Assembly (NCBI GenBank): GCA_051362555.1
Contig: CM120641.1
Location: 4,030,001-4,094,000 of the forward strand
Origin: Lingula anatina
Lineage: Eukaryota > Animalia > Brachiopoda
DNA length: 64,000 nucleotides
Direction of reading: 5' to 3'
A model generated the notes under the pieces. The model saw nothing but the letters and a program-made list of their open reading frames with translations. It ran no database searches and was not told where the DNA came from. Position numbers and translations under genes: made by a program. Shown here piece after piece: positions 26,301-41,023 of the stretch (its first letter is position 1; every line of letters begins with the position of its first letter).

Positions 26301-29300
26301 TGGTGGTGGCGCTGCACCCAGGTGTAAGCCAGTTGGCTGCCCTGTGGTGCCCGAACCCTGCGACTAAATGAAAAGAAATATTTATTTAATTGAATTTTCA
26401 TGGAAAGAAAAGTAAATTTAAAAAGAAACAGTTGAACAAGATGATATTTGACCATAATCAATAACATATTATTAAAACTCCAATCAATGGGCATACAGTC
26501 TTTTAGTCTGGCAAAGTTGTTACAACTATCAAGCAATCAAACAAAGCAATGGGTTTAAAGGCAGGAGAAAAAAGCTGATAATAGAAAAAAAATTTTAAAA
26601 AGGTTAGGATTCACCACCTGCAGCTGCCGTAACTGCTGCTTCAGCATTTCCTGCTGCACACTTTGTGAGAGAAGCTGGTTTTGTAGGTAGGTTTGCTGAA
26701 GAGAGGCTTGGAGAGTGGCTTGTTGCTGCTGCTGTGCTGCCATCTGTTGTAATGCGACCTGCTGTTGTTGCTGCTGCTGCTGTGCTAACTGCTGCAGTAG
26801 AAGTTGCTGTGTTGGGTCTACTCCTAACAATGAAAAAAAAATTAAACGTTTGTGTAATTGGATTTGAATGCCAATGTGACAATAAATGCTTATTCTTAAA
26901 CATCATGCTATATTTGATTATACAACTCAGCCACTAAATTTGAAATAAATAGAAAATGTTACCATTCAAAAACTCTTAATTTCATCCCAAACACCACAGA
27001 TAATCATAACCAACCTAAGCCAAGTCCTGCGTTAAGATTTCCTGCTAAGCCTGGATTTAAGCCGATGCCTGCACCATAACCAAGTCCTGGGTTTAGGCTG
27101 AGGCCAGGGTTTAGGCCAAGGCCAGGGTTCAGGCCAGCTGCTCCCAGACCTAGGCCAGGATTGAGGCCTAACCCAGGGTTGATACCACCAAGACCATAGC
27201 CTGGTGCCATGCCAACATTGCCTATTCCACCTGGGGCCACCTGGGGCTGAAAAATATTAAAAATTTCATGTCAACACTAAGGTAAGAACAACTCTTTTGA
27301 CATTGTATTATAAAATATTTTGAACACTGCAAGCGTAACTCAACCAACATCAGATACCCAAATAAACATCTTAGAAAATGAAACATTATTTTCAATTTTA
27401 GAATAAAATGTCTACTTTCCAACCTGAGTCTGTACATCGCCAAGGCCATCTCCTCCACCTTTCAGTGCCCTCTCCAGTGTCCGCGGGTTACTCAGGGCAT
27501 CCACATCACCCAAAGCCTCCTCAAACATGTTATCCAGCCAGCAGTCCAATTCAGTAGATGGGCTGATAGGCCCATTGTTGCTGGTGGCTCCCCCTTTTAT
27601 TACCCTAGCCACTGACTGAACATCACTGAGGTTATCAATACTGGAGCTTTCTAGTACTTTATCAAACACACGGTCCAGCCAGCGGTCCATGTCATCTGTT
27701 GGTACAGTAACCTGGGTGCCAGCGCCTTCAGAGATATCAGACATGGCCGAGCTAAAGCGTGGGTGTTTCAGAATGAGTTCTGTCATTGTGGGGTCGAGGC
27801 CGCGGGTTTGTGCGACCTGCCTGGCACGTTTCATGTATCTAGAATTCAATTTACTGGAGGACAGGCCCATGTCGTTATTGTTCTCCTCCTCCCCATTTAC
27901 TCCATGTCCATTTGGAATATGTCCGTTCCCATTGGGCAGGCCATTGGGGAGACCATTTGGTAAGCCATTTGGTATAGGAGGGGGTGGAGGTGGTGCTTTA
28001 CCATGTGGAGGTACAGGGGGTGGGGGAGGAGGGGGAGGGGGTGGGGGTCTCGTTGGAGAGCGAGGAGGAGATGGTGTTGTGGTCTCTTTCTGTGAAGGTC
28101 TTCTCACGACCTTTGATCCCACCAAGTACCTCTGATTCAGTCTTGATGCAGCTAGTGGCACATCATCAGGGGCAGAGTCTGGCTCATCCCGTGGTGGACT
28201 CCTCTCCATATCTGGAGGTGGTGTGTGCACTTGGGCATTTGTGTAGCGTCTATTCAGAGCACTAGTAGCAGCTAAACTGGGCTCGTTTGCTCTGACTTGT
28301 GTAGGTCTCCTATTCAAAACACTTGTTCTGGACAGGCCGATTTCCTTTTCAGCTGGCATTGCTGTTTTGGTGGAGTGCTCTCTGCGTGGAGGAAGAACAG
28401 GAGGTTGCTCTGGTATCTCCACTTCCAATGGTTCCTCACGAATAGGACTTGGAGGACGTGGTCGTCGCACTTGTGGAGGTGGAGGCGGAGGTGTGGGCTC
28501 TGGGGGTGGAGGTGGAAGGTTCTGGGGTATAGGTTCTGTCAGCTCCTCAACTTCTATGTCTATTCTTCTGTCATAGTCTGTATTGTGAGGCCTGCAAATG
28601 AAGAGAATAGTAAAAAGAAAAAGTATTCTAGTCTACATACCAATTTTTATTTGACAATTAAGTAAAGTAAAAATATCAATTCAGCTGAGATTTTGTGGAA
28701 AATATAACACAGACTTCATTCATCCCAGCTAGCAAATATTTTGAAATAGCCAACATTCAAAATAACAGTTTTTCTTAACAACAACATATCAAAGATTACT
28801 AACGTTCCAGCAAACACTGCTTTTCTCGCTGGTGACACTGCTTTGGATCGATCAGTGGACACCAAGAAGAAAGACTTGCACACTGGGAAGGCTGGTGGAA
28901 TCTCCATCTCACTGACTATGTCCAGTACATAGTCGTGCCCAGCCAACTCGTACTGCTCATTCTCATCTTGTAATATTAATGTCCAGCCATGGTTCCCATC
29001 TGTTATGTGTCTAGAATAAATTTGAGGCAAAATCAGTCAAAAATATCAATCAAAATTATTAAGCTTAAAAACCTATTGTAATATTTTAAAATCCTAAAAA
29101 TCTTTAAGTTGGCATATGAAAATTAAACACATCTAATAATTTTTATTATTTATCCAGCTCAAAAAGTTTTATATTAGTTGCTCATATTACCAGTTATAAT
29201 TGCTTTAAAACATGCCAAAGGATATATTTCAAAATCTCGTTCTTATTGCAATAAATATTTAGAAATATTTTCAACTTACCTCCCAGATCTGAGTAGGCTG

Positions 29301-32300
29301 CAGACAAATTCTTCAGATGTGGTCCATGAGTCTACATGCCCTATCATGTATTGTCCTAGTAAATGGAGGAAGATATGAATTATGGCACAAAAGTCCAATT
29401 TCACAAAACAACTAGCATGGATCAAAATCTTTACACATGTATTTTCAGATTCCCCTAGAAAATTCCATTACCTAAGTTTTTTATCACAAGATTATATCTT
29501 GTATCTCTTTAAAAATGGGTTTTTTACAAAACCAAAAAGCAACAAACCATCTTTTATCATTCACTCATTCTGGGATGAGGATGGGATTGCATTGTTTTCT
29601 TGTTTCCAACTATTTGTCAGATCTTATCCAATGTATGTATTTTTAAAGTTTACAATTCTCTTCTACATCCAGTGTAATGAAGAAACTGACCATCAGCAAA
29701 CTTGACCTCCAGGGCCATATTGGTTTTCTTCTTGGTGGCCTTCCACTCCAGCATGCAGGGTGGGTAGTACCTGCAGACCAGGGGCTCAATATCAATACAC
29801 TGGAGCAGTTTGGACTGACAGAATGCCTTGTAACCATTGTAAGCATTGTCAGACACATACCTGTGATTACAAAAAAAGATATATTAAAACTAGTGGCAGA
29901 TATTGTGGCTGTCTTCAGGGTCTCCCAGAAAACCATCAGGTTTTCAAGTTTACATTGACAGGTATTTCTGTCAGAAGACTGTCAAAAATGGAGGATGGAT
30001 CAACAGAGATCAGCTGGGAGACTGTAAGAAAATATCTCTGGAACGGCCTCTGAAAACTATATTCTATGTCCATCATCATGTCTCAGTAAAAGCGTTATGT
30101 GATGCCATATCCTGATGAAGGCTGCATACACAGTAATTACTGCTTTATTAGTTAAAGTGGAATACCTAGTTGGCAATCCACACGACACTTACTTGAGTAA
30201 GTACTTAGACAAATTGGGACTTGGAGGAAAACAACTCAGACAGTTGGCCATGAGCAGCCAGCCTCTTTCTGAATTTGCATGGCTTGGGTTCCTCCATGTT
30301 TGATTGCAGAGCTGACTGTATATCTCGTCTCGAAGTTGCAGATTTATCAGGCCCTGAATTTAAGACAGGATTTACTCCATTTGAATAAGATTGGTTAGAT
30401 ATAGGAGATTCTAATTAACATCCAAATGGCCTAGGAGTCATATTTGTCATTAAGGCATTACTTCGACAAAAAGTTTCCACAAACAATTTATAACAGAGTT
30501 CCATTGGCACATGAATACGTACAGTATGTGACATGATAAAAAAGTATGAAACAGGACTGTCTTTATTAAGTTATAAAAAGGTAAAACAGCTCACCTTCTG
30601 GACAATATAATCAGCAAGAACACACTCTCTTCTTTCTGACAGATTGACATCATTCATAAATCTCAAGATCTGAAAAAAAATTTTTTTTTCTATTCTGCAA
30701 ATGAATATTCAAATTTTCACATATTGATGTCTGAATACATGCTGTAAACTTAAAGTTTTATATTTGTCTTTATGTTGCAATTTTGTTATTAGTTTTAATT
30801 CTTAGCCAATCAAAAACTCAAATCCAGAAATCTGCCAAACTCCAACTGTAAATGATTTAATTTTGATAACTACATTAGAAGAACATGTAAGAGATGAAAG
30901 GCACTGAAAGACCATAAGAAATTTCCTACTTTCTTAATCATACATTTAATTTCCTCAGTGGGTTAAAATAAGTCATTATGATGTTTATTTTGAGGTATAC
31001 CAGTTTGAAAATTGCCATGGAATCCTTGATGTCCACATCAGATGACTTGGGAAGAAATGGTGATTTGATGGGTTCTTTCCTCATGCCCCATCCATAGTCC
31101 TGCAATATGGAATAATTTCTTATCAGTTCATTTCTTCAAATGTCTTTTTACTCCTCACCAAACAGTTGAGCATTGCTTCAGAGATTATAACGAAGAATAT
31201 TAGGCCAATATATCATATTGCATACATTTGTTACTTTTATACTCACTAAACAGTACCTATTCTTATGTTTAAAAATGCTACAACTAATGATGTATTTAAT
31301 ATAATTTGCAAAAATTGTCTGACAGCGATTTTTCATGTTTCCAATGCTAAGTTATTCGCATCAAAACATTTATTGCACACATGCACATTAGTGCCCTCCT
31401 GTACTGCGGCACATGTACACACCTGTACACATAATAAACAAAATGACACACCTGGCACATACTCTGTTAAGATATCAGACCTTCACTACTTTACCTTAAA
31501 GTAAGCCTTGGTATACTTGGTGAAGACAAAGGAATTGATGTCATCAGGAAGTGAAAACTGGAAGTTCATTGGCTCCACATGCCCCACTACTTTGATCAGG
31601 TTCCTGTCAGTATGCAGTGGTTGCCATCCTATTCAAGATATAGAGCAAATATCACTGACATGTTTAAATAATGCTCATCAAATAACATCTCATAAAAATA
31701 GGCATTCTGATAACTTTCTGTACAGAACCAACAATGGCTCATCAGCAGGTGGGACAACAAAGAAAATTTAACAGGTTAAGTTAATTGTCAATCTCAAGTA
31801 TTGAAGACCTTGTTAGATTTCATTACAAGTTCATTTAATACAGGTCTGGATATAATTCACATATCTTAAGTACAAAGAAAGAAGAGGTATTCTCACCATC
31901 TAACTTGCTAAAGATGAAGGCCAGCTCTGGTGGGATTTCCAGATGGGCCACTCCTGCCACTGCTCGGGCAGAACGTTCCTGAAACACGTCATCCAATATA
32001 AGACACTTTGGACACATTGACTGAATAATGATGCTTGTGTCGACTTAAATCTAACATCCCTTTTCTTACAAACCTCATCTGTTTACTATGGTAATTTCTC
32101 ACTAAACCTTTACAAAATTTATAACCATATATTTCATAAAACATATTTTCTTTTGCCCATAAAATGGATACAGACTTTCTTAATTTTATAATGATTTCAT
32201 GTCAGAATTATTTTTTAGATTTACAATGGGAAATCTTGAACTTGTTAAATGTCTGGATAACATGAGGTCTTAAAAATTGTGTAATTACTGCAATAATCTA

Positions 32301-35300
32301 ACAAAATAACTTGTTTCCATAAGAAAAATTAAACTTGAAAATAGTGTACTGAATTTCATATGCTGTATTTAATAATAAATAGATTTTTATGGCACAAGTA
32401 TATGCAAGTAATTCTGACCTTTTTACCTATTCTTTGTTATACAATTTCTTTATGTATTTTTAAGTATTATTTAAAAGGTGCACAAAAACTTATAATAATT
32501 CCATATTCATATTATTTCATATTCTAAGTTTTATTTCTTATCGCATCAGAAGTTTGCTAAATATCATGTATTTATATCCGATTCAACTCTTCCTGTGAAT
32601 TGGTAGATTTACTGTTCATTGACATACTTCTTCCTCCTCAAGTTGTCCCTGCTGCCGCCTAATGGGATCAGATGCTGACGGATAACTAGTAATCTTCTGA
32701 AGAGACAGTAATGTAATAACTCTTCTTGGCACAACTGAATGGGCTTTTTCATTTATGACAAGTTTACTTATAGTCCTTCACCGTACAAATGTATTTTCAC
32801 AAAAGGGGATGGTTGCCTAGGTCTTATGCAGCAGTATGGTATTGTTTTCAGTTCTTGTTAGTCTCTCCCTACAACCCAACATGCAGTGTTCTCCACACTC
32901 AAAAGCAATGCAGGACATGCTGCATATCTGTGATGCCATCAGCTTGAACTTCTTAACTGTATATATTAATTTTGCTTTTGCGAAGTGTTACTTTGTAATG
33001 TTTGTGTGAGGCTTTTGAGTATTTAGCAATTTTGCCTGATCATGCACCCTAGCTAATTCCAGTTACTAAAGCAATGTTATCCAATGCAAAAATAAAACTA
33101 AAACAGGAAAATCAACCCTTGACTGATATAAATGTAATATATACAGTTCTTCAATCTTTCATGCAACATAATCTAAAATATCATTATCTCACATCAAAAA
33201 TTTAGATGTCCCAATGTCTAGATTAATAAATGTTGCTACAGTGTAGAATTATTAGATCCATGCATTCTATATACCAAAACTCTTATGGCAGTAAGTCACT
33301 AAATTCCAACAAAGCTGTTTGTTTCCCCAAGCAATACTTTGTTTGCCATACTGAAGAATAATTTCAATTAGTTGGGTTCTTGTCAGAAAATATGTTTTAT
33401 TTAATAATTAATGAAAATAAATTTGAAAAAAAAAGATAATCCTGTAAATTAGGTGTTTGAATTATGTGAGTAAATACCATAGTGTTACAATATCTACTTT
33501 ATGTCAATGTTACTTAATATCTCTGTCGCTATCAAATCACACACAGGAAATAAATAATCTAAACTGTGCAAAAACTGATACAAAAGAATGAAATAAAAGA
33601 CACAAACTATAAAGAAATCTAGAAGCATGCATTGTGCTTTGATAAATCAAAACTATGATTAACCTTTATCTTGTTTCAAATCTTGGCACTAATAATGTGC
33701 ATAAGGAAATATTTCTTACTTACGGAGTTATTTAAAGAATTATAATCACTGATGAAAACATTGTCAACAAATCAAAAAAAAAATATCTTAATAAATTGGC
33801 AGTGCCTTGCACAATTATATATGAATTAAAAATGCTCTTCTAATTAAAACTACATTTACATTACCAAGACTTAAAACATAAATCATACTGTTGAAGGTAC
33901 TATCAATAAATAAAAACATTGGGTGTAAGCCATCAAAACTTCTACCTTTTCAATCTTTTCCTTTGCCATTTTGATTTTCCGTTGCTCTTCTTGCTTCTTA
34001 TGTTTATGGTCTGCAAGCATCTGAAATACAAAATATCATCTGTGCCATAATTACTGAGAAAAAAAAACTGAAAATATATATTGTGGAATTTTGTAATCTA
34101 TGATATTTTTGTGGCATGATAATAAGTCAGGTTCCACATTTTTCTAGAAAACACAACCACTGGCGGAGCCTACTAAAAACAAGAATCAAAATCCTTATGT
34201 CAAGCATTTGCTTTAAATACAGTGGATTAAATAGATCCAATGCCAAAATATTGCAAGAGAAAATCTGTCTCATTTAACATTCAGTTACAGTTCTCAATCT
34301 GTCCTAGAACATAATGTTTTCTCTTTTAAAGAAACATATTCTTAATCTGTTCTAGAACATTTTGAAGGAATTCCCAAAAATAGTTCTCGATCTGTTATAT
34401 TCATCACAGAACAACATTAGAACTGTAAAAAAATACACCAAATGTTCTAGAATAGATTGAGAACCGTTAGTGAACATTAAATGAGACAAATTTTCACAGG
34501 GGATATCACTCACGGCCAGGTATCTTTTCCTCTGCAGTCTCATGCGATACTGCGCCTGTGCCTTTATTATGCCCTTTCGCAGGATACGGTATCGCGTTCT
34601 GCAAAGACAACAAATTTTGCTTTCAATTTCAAATAACTGCAATATCTACAAGTTATTCTTTATAAACTAAAAAAAGAAAATGCAATAATCTAAACTCTGC
34701 ACACGTTCAATTCCAAGAATTTAAGGTGCATCTGACCTACTTACACATTAGATGGCAATTTTGTTCAAATAGCACTGTAAGTGATACCATGTTCACCCAA
34801 TTATTCTGCCTTGTGGATGAAAAAAATAATATGACCTTAAACTTCAGAAATAGAGATTAAGGTACTTCCATCTGATCAGATTACTAAAGTAAAGCCTAGC
34901 CCCTTATGTTACCTATGTACAGCACATTCCAAATTATACACCACATACAAGATATACATGCAACAATGATTCCATTCTTGATATTTGTAAAGATGCAGGG
35001 TATACAATATCAGGTTAGAGATAAATATTGTTGTTTTTCATGCAATGAATCACTATAAAATATCATGGCCAGTGAAGGTAAACCTACCTAAAACGTGACT
35101 GACCTAAACAATTAATTTGTTAAACTTTTATTCTGATAGTCTCATATTCATCTTATAACATAAAATGACCAAAATTTTCCTGAAAAATTAAACTCCCAAC
35201 TTCTTCATAACGTTTGAAAAAAGTTTAATAACAATATCAATAGTATACCAAGCTATAATGTTCCTTAATACACTGCTGTCCATTATATATGAATTAATGA

Positions 35301-38300
35301 TTCGGAAAAGAAAAACATAATTTTCATATTATAAAAATATCAAGCACAGACTCCATTTCCTCTGCAAATGCTAACTCAATGGCTACAAAGAGTAGTTTGT
35401 GCTTTTAAAAATAGCAAATTGGCATTTCTTTTATCATGGAGTTAACCGAAAAAAAAGCTTGCCACACTTTTCAATTAGTTGAGAGGCACTAAAGTAAAGT
35501 GAGACCAAAACACATCATTAAAAATATAACCAAAATTCCCAGCATGCATACCTGTTCATCCATGCACGGAGGTGCGCCTGCAGTCTGACTGCAGCCACAC
35601 GCATTTTCATGTACCTTCTCCGACATAAGTAACCACGCACATATCGCTGGAGTTTCAGCACAGAGGCAGCAAGTTTCTCATGGCGCAGTGCCTCCATATG
35701 CTGACTGAAGGACTCCCGCATAAAAACCTGTTGAATATAAAAGAAAATTACTGACCTGCACTAAGAAAAAATTCACACTCTTAAATCTATGAATTGAACA
35801 GATTTTGTTATACTGGTTAAAAAAAATTAACACACAAACTCATCCTGGCCATTTTAGAAAATGGTAAGATACAATTTTAATTTGCCATAAATTTTCTTCC
35901 ATGCATGATGTATAAATATATGTGATACCTTCATCCAACCAAGATGTTTTCTGTGACAAAAATGTGTGAATATACTGGTACGAAGCTGTCTTTACCTTGG
36001 AAAGTCCTAGCTGATATTTTTCTCCTTCCATAGCTCTGGTCTCCAACAATATCATCTCACACTTTCCTCTGTGGTCCACGTTGACTGGGATCTTCCTGTG
36101 ATCTATTAGACACCAGTACCTACACGTGTATCAAGTTATTATTATTATATCAGAGTGCCTGCATAGTACTACACCCACCCTCTCATACACACATCTATTC
36201 CCTATCTGTAAGTGATTATTGCTAAAAGCTCACTGTACGTACATTTGTGTTTCCAACAAGTGCCTAATTTTTTTAAAAAACTAAATAAAAATTTTCAGCT
36301 GAATTGATAAAAGGAAATGACCATCCCAAATCTATGACCTTAAAAACTATCATGACAAAATATGAAAACTGTGAAATGAAAGTGAGAGTCTTTATTTAAA
36401 TAAATTTACCTTTCATAGAACATGGAGAAGCGCATGCGTGCAGGATAACCCAGCTTGCGAATGCGAATGGTCTCCAGCATGCCCGTGTACCTCAGCTGGG
36501 ACAGTACCACCGGGATGTCAAACTGCATGGCAGCCTTGGTATTGTTTGGTTTGATGCAACGTATGAAGAATGGATTGCACCTGGTTTAAATATAACATAT
36601 AGAGGTTGTTGTGCCACAAACAAGTGTATAGGACTATTGTTAAATATAGCTCTGGAAAAAAGTGAAAAAAGTATATAATATATATGACTACTTTTCTGAA
36701 TAAAATAAAAAGTGAAACATATATGTTGAATCTGGTACAGCTTCATGTGATGCTGATCTAAAAAATAATTTTAAATAAAATCATCTTTATACACCTATAT
36801 AGTCATCTTTCTAATAGTCTAGCTAACTTAATGAACTTTAATAAGAACAAGGTTACACAAAAAAGCACACTTTTGTCCATATTTCCGTGTTGCTTTATTC
36901 ATGACCTTACTGTGTTTGTTGAAAACAACATTTAAACAACAATACTCAGAAAAACATGCCTCACATGCTGTAGTGTAGTCAGCCTTTTAAGTGAAATAAT
37001 TTATAGTGAATGAATGCATAAAATACTTAATGGCAAAAAAGCTGAAATGCAATCTGTAACACATGCATTTAAGTGAAAAAAATTGAGAATGACACAGTTG
37101 TCAAATTCTAAGAAATTTTGTGAATGAAAAACACCAAAATATACACTCTGTCATTATCATGAATCATGCATCATACATGCTGAAAACACCACAGTGACTT
37201 TTATTACCTGTTTGAACTGCTGCTCATAACAAAGAAGTTTTGAGACAGCTCTATAAGTCAACAAATTCCATGAAATTAAAGACATAAGACAAAAAATTCC
37301 AATACACTAATTGTCTTCAGACATCTGAATGACTGATATTGAAAAGGCAGAGTATGCATTACATTTGCCTTATAGAAATAGCATCACTAATTCACAATCA
37401 TTGATTCCAACTTTACAAGGTATAACTCCGATATTATATAATATGATGCTGTATGTGTGTTGAGGAAAGTTTTTATTGATCAACTTACTTGGACATCTTG
37501 TCAATGAGGTTTGTCAGGGATTCATGGAAGCTGGCTGCCACAGTGGGGGTTCTGGGCTTCATGGCAATGTAGCGGCCATTGTGCTGGTTGACTTGCTTGG
37601 AAATAAACTTGTCTCTTAACTGCTTGAACATTTCTGAAATCAACTGATTAGAAGAAAAGAAATCATGATAAGGCATTTCCAAAGAACTGCAAGGGACATA
37701 ATCTAACTGTTGATGTTAATATTCTGTGGATAATATATTGTTTTCATTATTTTATGTCATCATTTTGGAGTTGATTACATAAATGGAATATAAAATAGCA
37801 AAAGAGGTAAAATGGAGACTTGATCTTTTTTGCCATGAATATAATTTCTTTTGTTTGGAGTTTGTAATGCTACAGGCAAGTTCAGATATTTTGCTTTACA
37901 AATATGCATTTCCAAGCCTGTTTTTCTAGCATTATTGACCCACCTCCATTTTGCTGGTAGTCAACAATGTGACTGCATCATTTCTAAGTGTGTCCTTGTT
38001 CTTCTCCAAAAAGTTCCGCACCTGTATTAAACCATAACAACAAATTTAAGAAAACATTTTCTTTCATAAACTACAAATCTAGCAACTAAAAATAAGACAT
38101 TCAGTATCAAAAATATTTTGTTTCCTATAAGTACATATTGTACATACATATGACAGGAACAAATACAAAAAAAATCACAACTTGGTTAAAAACACTTTGA
38201 ATCAGAGGACAGGCACAAGCCTCTTCACTGTGCTTTCATAACTGTATACATACATCATATGTGACTTTGCCAGCAAAGTGTCGTATAGAGAACACAGGGC

Positions 38301-40957
38301 TGGAAAGCCTTGGCTTGGAGTACAGCTCATTGTCTGCATGAGTGTAGTGGCATTTCTCAAGAAAAGACTGATCTGTTCCCTGGTAAACAGAAACAAAATA
38401 TATATTAGATATATATCTTAAAATCATGAATGGATTTTGCCTTTTTTTTTCTTTTTTTTTTTTTTGCCACTTGAAATGGATAAACCTTGCTTTTCTCAGA
38501 GTGAATAGTTCTAAAGTGATAATCTATTTATGGTTTTGAAAATTTATACAACGGTCACCATGCATTGTGTATATTAGATAACCAAGCTATGAAAATTAAC
38601 TAATATATCATCATAATAATTTTTCCCATCCATGAAATCTGCTTACGACAATAAAAGCATAACATGATCATGAAAAAAAATAAAATAAAATTTATAATTA
38701 CAAATTTTTTAATTCTTTTTTCCAACAAGTTCAAGTAACCCATTCTCTAACATAATTTGGCTGTCAACTTTTACACACCTTTGGGAAATGGCTCTCGTCA
38801 TCCAGAAGATGCAGGATTCCAATGGGTTTCCTGGCAATCATGTCAATGGCAGGCTGGTTATCTGTGAAGGTAATGCTCTCCCACTGTATTCTCTCCTTGG
38901 CATATTCCTGCTGCTCCAGTTTGAAGATATGCTGGTTGAAATAGTACTGGAGAGTCTCATTGGCATAGTTAATGCAAAGCTGCTCAAAACCATTCACCTT
39001 GAAATCCTATAAAGTTGAAAAATCATTATTTGGTTTAGTTTGGCAATGAAGGCTAAATCCCTGTGTTAGCTGACTACAAGAAAAATTATTTGATTCAGCT
39101 TTCTTTCTAACTTAAGTTCAAGTTCTTGTTAAGTCTACTCTGGGGCCTAAAACAAAGAAATAAGTACCTCAAAACCAAAGATGTCCAGTATTGCAATAGA
39201 AGTGTGCTTCTTTCCCTTCCCTTGTTTCTTGTGGACAGTATGGTTGATTCTGTCCACCAGCCAGGTGAAGAGGGCAGAGTACAGAGCCTTAGCAATGCCA
39301 TCTCTGAAACAAGCACAATCTTCATTAGTCTACAAAACCACACTGACCTTTACTGAAAAATTCATGTCACTAAAAGTTACACTTTAAACTGATAAGTATA
39401 AATGACAAAATTTTAAGTGCAGAAAATCAAATATTGTACAAAAAATTTCTAAAAAAAGACCATGAATTAAAAATTTTAAATAAAACTGCAAATATAATTC
39501 TAAGAATTTCTCAACTGTATTTAATCTTTACCGTGACCAAGACTTTCAAGAATGTTGTCATATTGGTCCCTATAAATGCATGTAGTAAACATATACAATA
39601 AATTATATAAAGCTATACCTTGCATCCAATGCTTGGTCAATGTTAAATGGTGTAAGTAATCTCTCCTGTCGTGCAGTCTGAAATTAAAGCATCAAATATA
39701 GCTTTAAAATACACAAGAGCAATATTTTTCTATAATAATTCATAATAAGCAGCTTTCAAGGAAAACAACATTGTCTTTAGGGTCAAGAGAAACTTAATTT
39801 TGGGCATTTTCTAATAAGTCCCTTACTGTATCAATAAAAAAATGTTTCTCACTTTTTCAATTTAATCTACAGGTCAAAGGTGGATCAAGGCCAAGCCACT
39901 GTCTGCTATAAGGTCAACTTACCGTGACCTTCATGGTGAGTGCTTCCTTGAGCCATGTTGGAGACAGCTGCAGGAGATGAGACACCCACTTGACCTCCGC
40001 GTCACTGCCAATGTCCACAGTGTCCTGGTCATTTACCTGGGTGAAAATAATGTGAAAATCAAAGACTTATCTTATTATTTATGACATTTTTAATTTTGAA
40101 AACATGACCAACACTTAAAAACTAATTCCACCAACCTGTTTCTTTTCAAAGTAGACATTTCCCAAGTGTAAAACTGATGCCAGGATTTTGATGATGCTAT
40201 CCTGCTCCTGCTTGGTGAAGCCTAGCACTTCAAAGGCTTGTAACAGACTCTTAAAATCCTCATAATCATTTTTTCCATCAATGACACAGCTCCCTCCCTA
40301 CAAATATTAATATTCATATGATAATAAATGGCATATGTTTACATATCTGAAAACTAAATTTGCTAAATTATATTTTAGTATAATAAACTATAATATAATG
40401 TATTCAATAAAATACAATATAAATAAAATATAATAAAATACCTTTGAAATATATTCTATACAAAATGAAGCAACTATATAATATTCTGATGATATTGTAT
40501 GTTCTTAATCATAAAAAGGATTATTTAAAAAAAACATAAACCAAAACACAACATTTCCTAAAAACTAGATACATGTGCTGAGATTATATTACCTGGTTTA
40601 AGTAAAAGTATTTGTTGGCTTTCTGCAGCCCATATTTCTCTCTGTCACCACTTGGTAGTCCTGCCAACAGCTCATAGAACACATGGTAGTTACGCTCATT
40701 TTCAGCCTAAAATTTGAAAACATTCTTATTTGCACAGAACTTCAATTAAAATTAAATACTTAAAATTTTATATTTTCTCATTTTATCAGAAAAATTTTTT
40801 AGTTTTAGACTATAACTATTATATCCTGCACTAATCATTTTAATTGTTTTATTCACCTCAGCTTTTATTTATAAAATTACTATTAATTCTGATAATTTTA
40901 TATGTAAACAGCACTGAGACAGTAGTGCAGTGCAGTTTTTAAGAAATAAATATAATA

Positions 40958-41023
<66 letters not shown>

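Noticed and set aside
25678-28665. Plus-strand Gly/Val-rich ORFs
   Set aside because: Antisense shadows of the myosin Pro-rich exons
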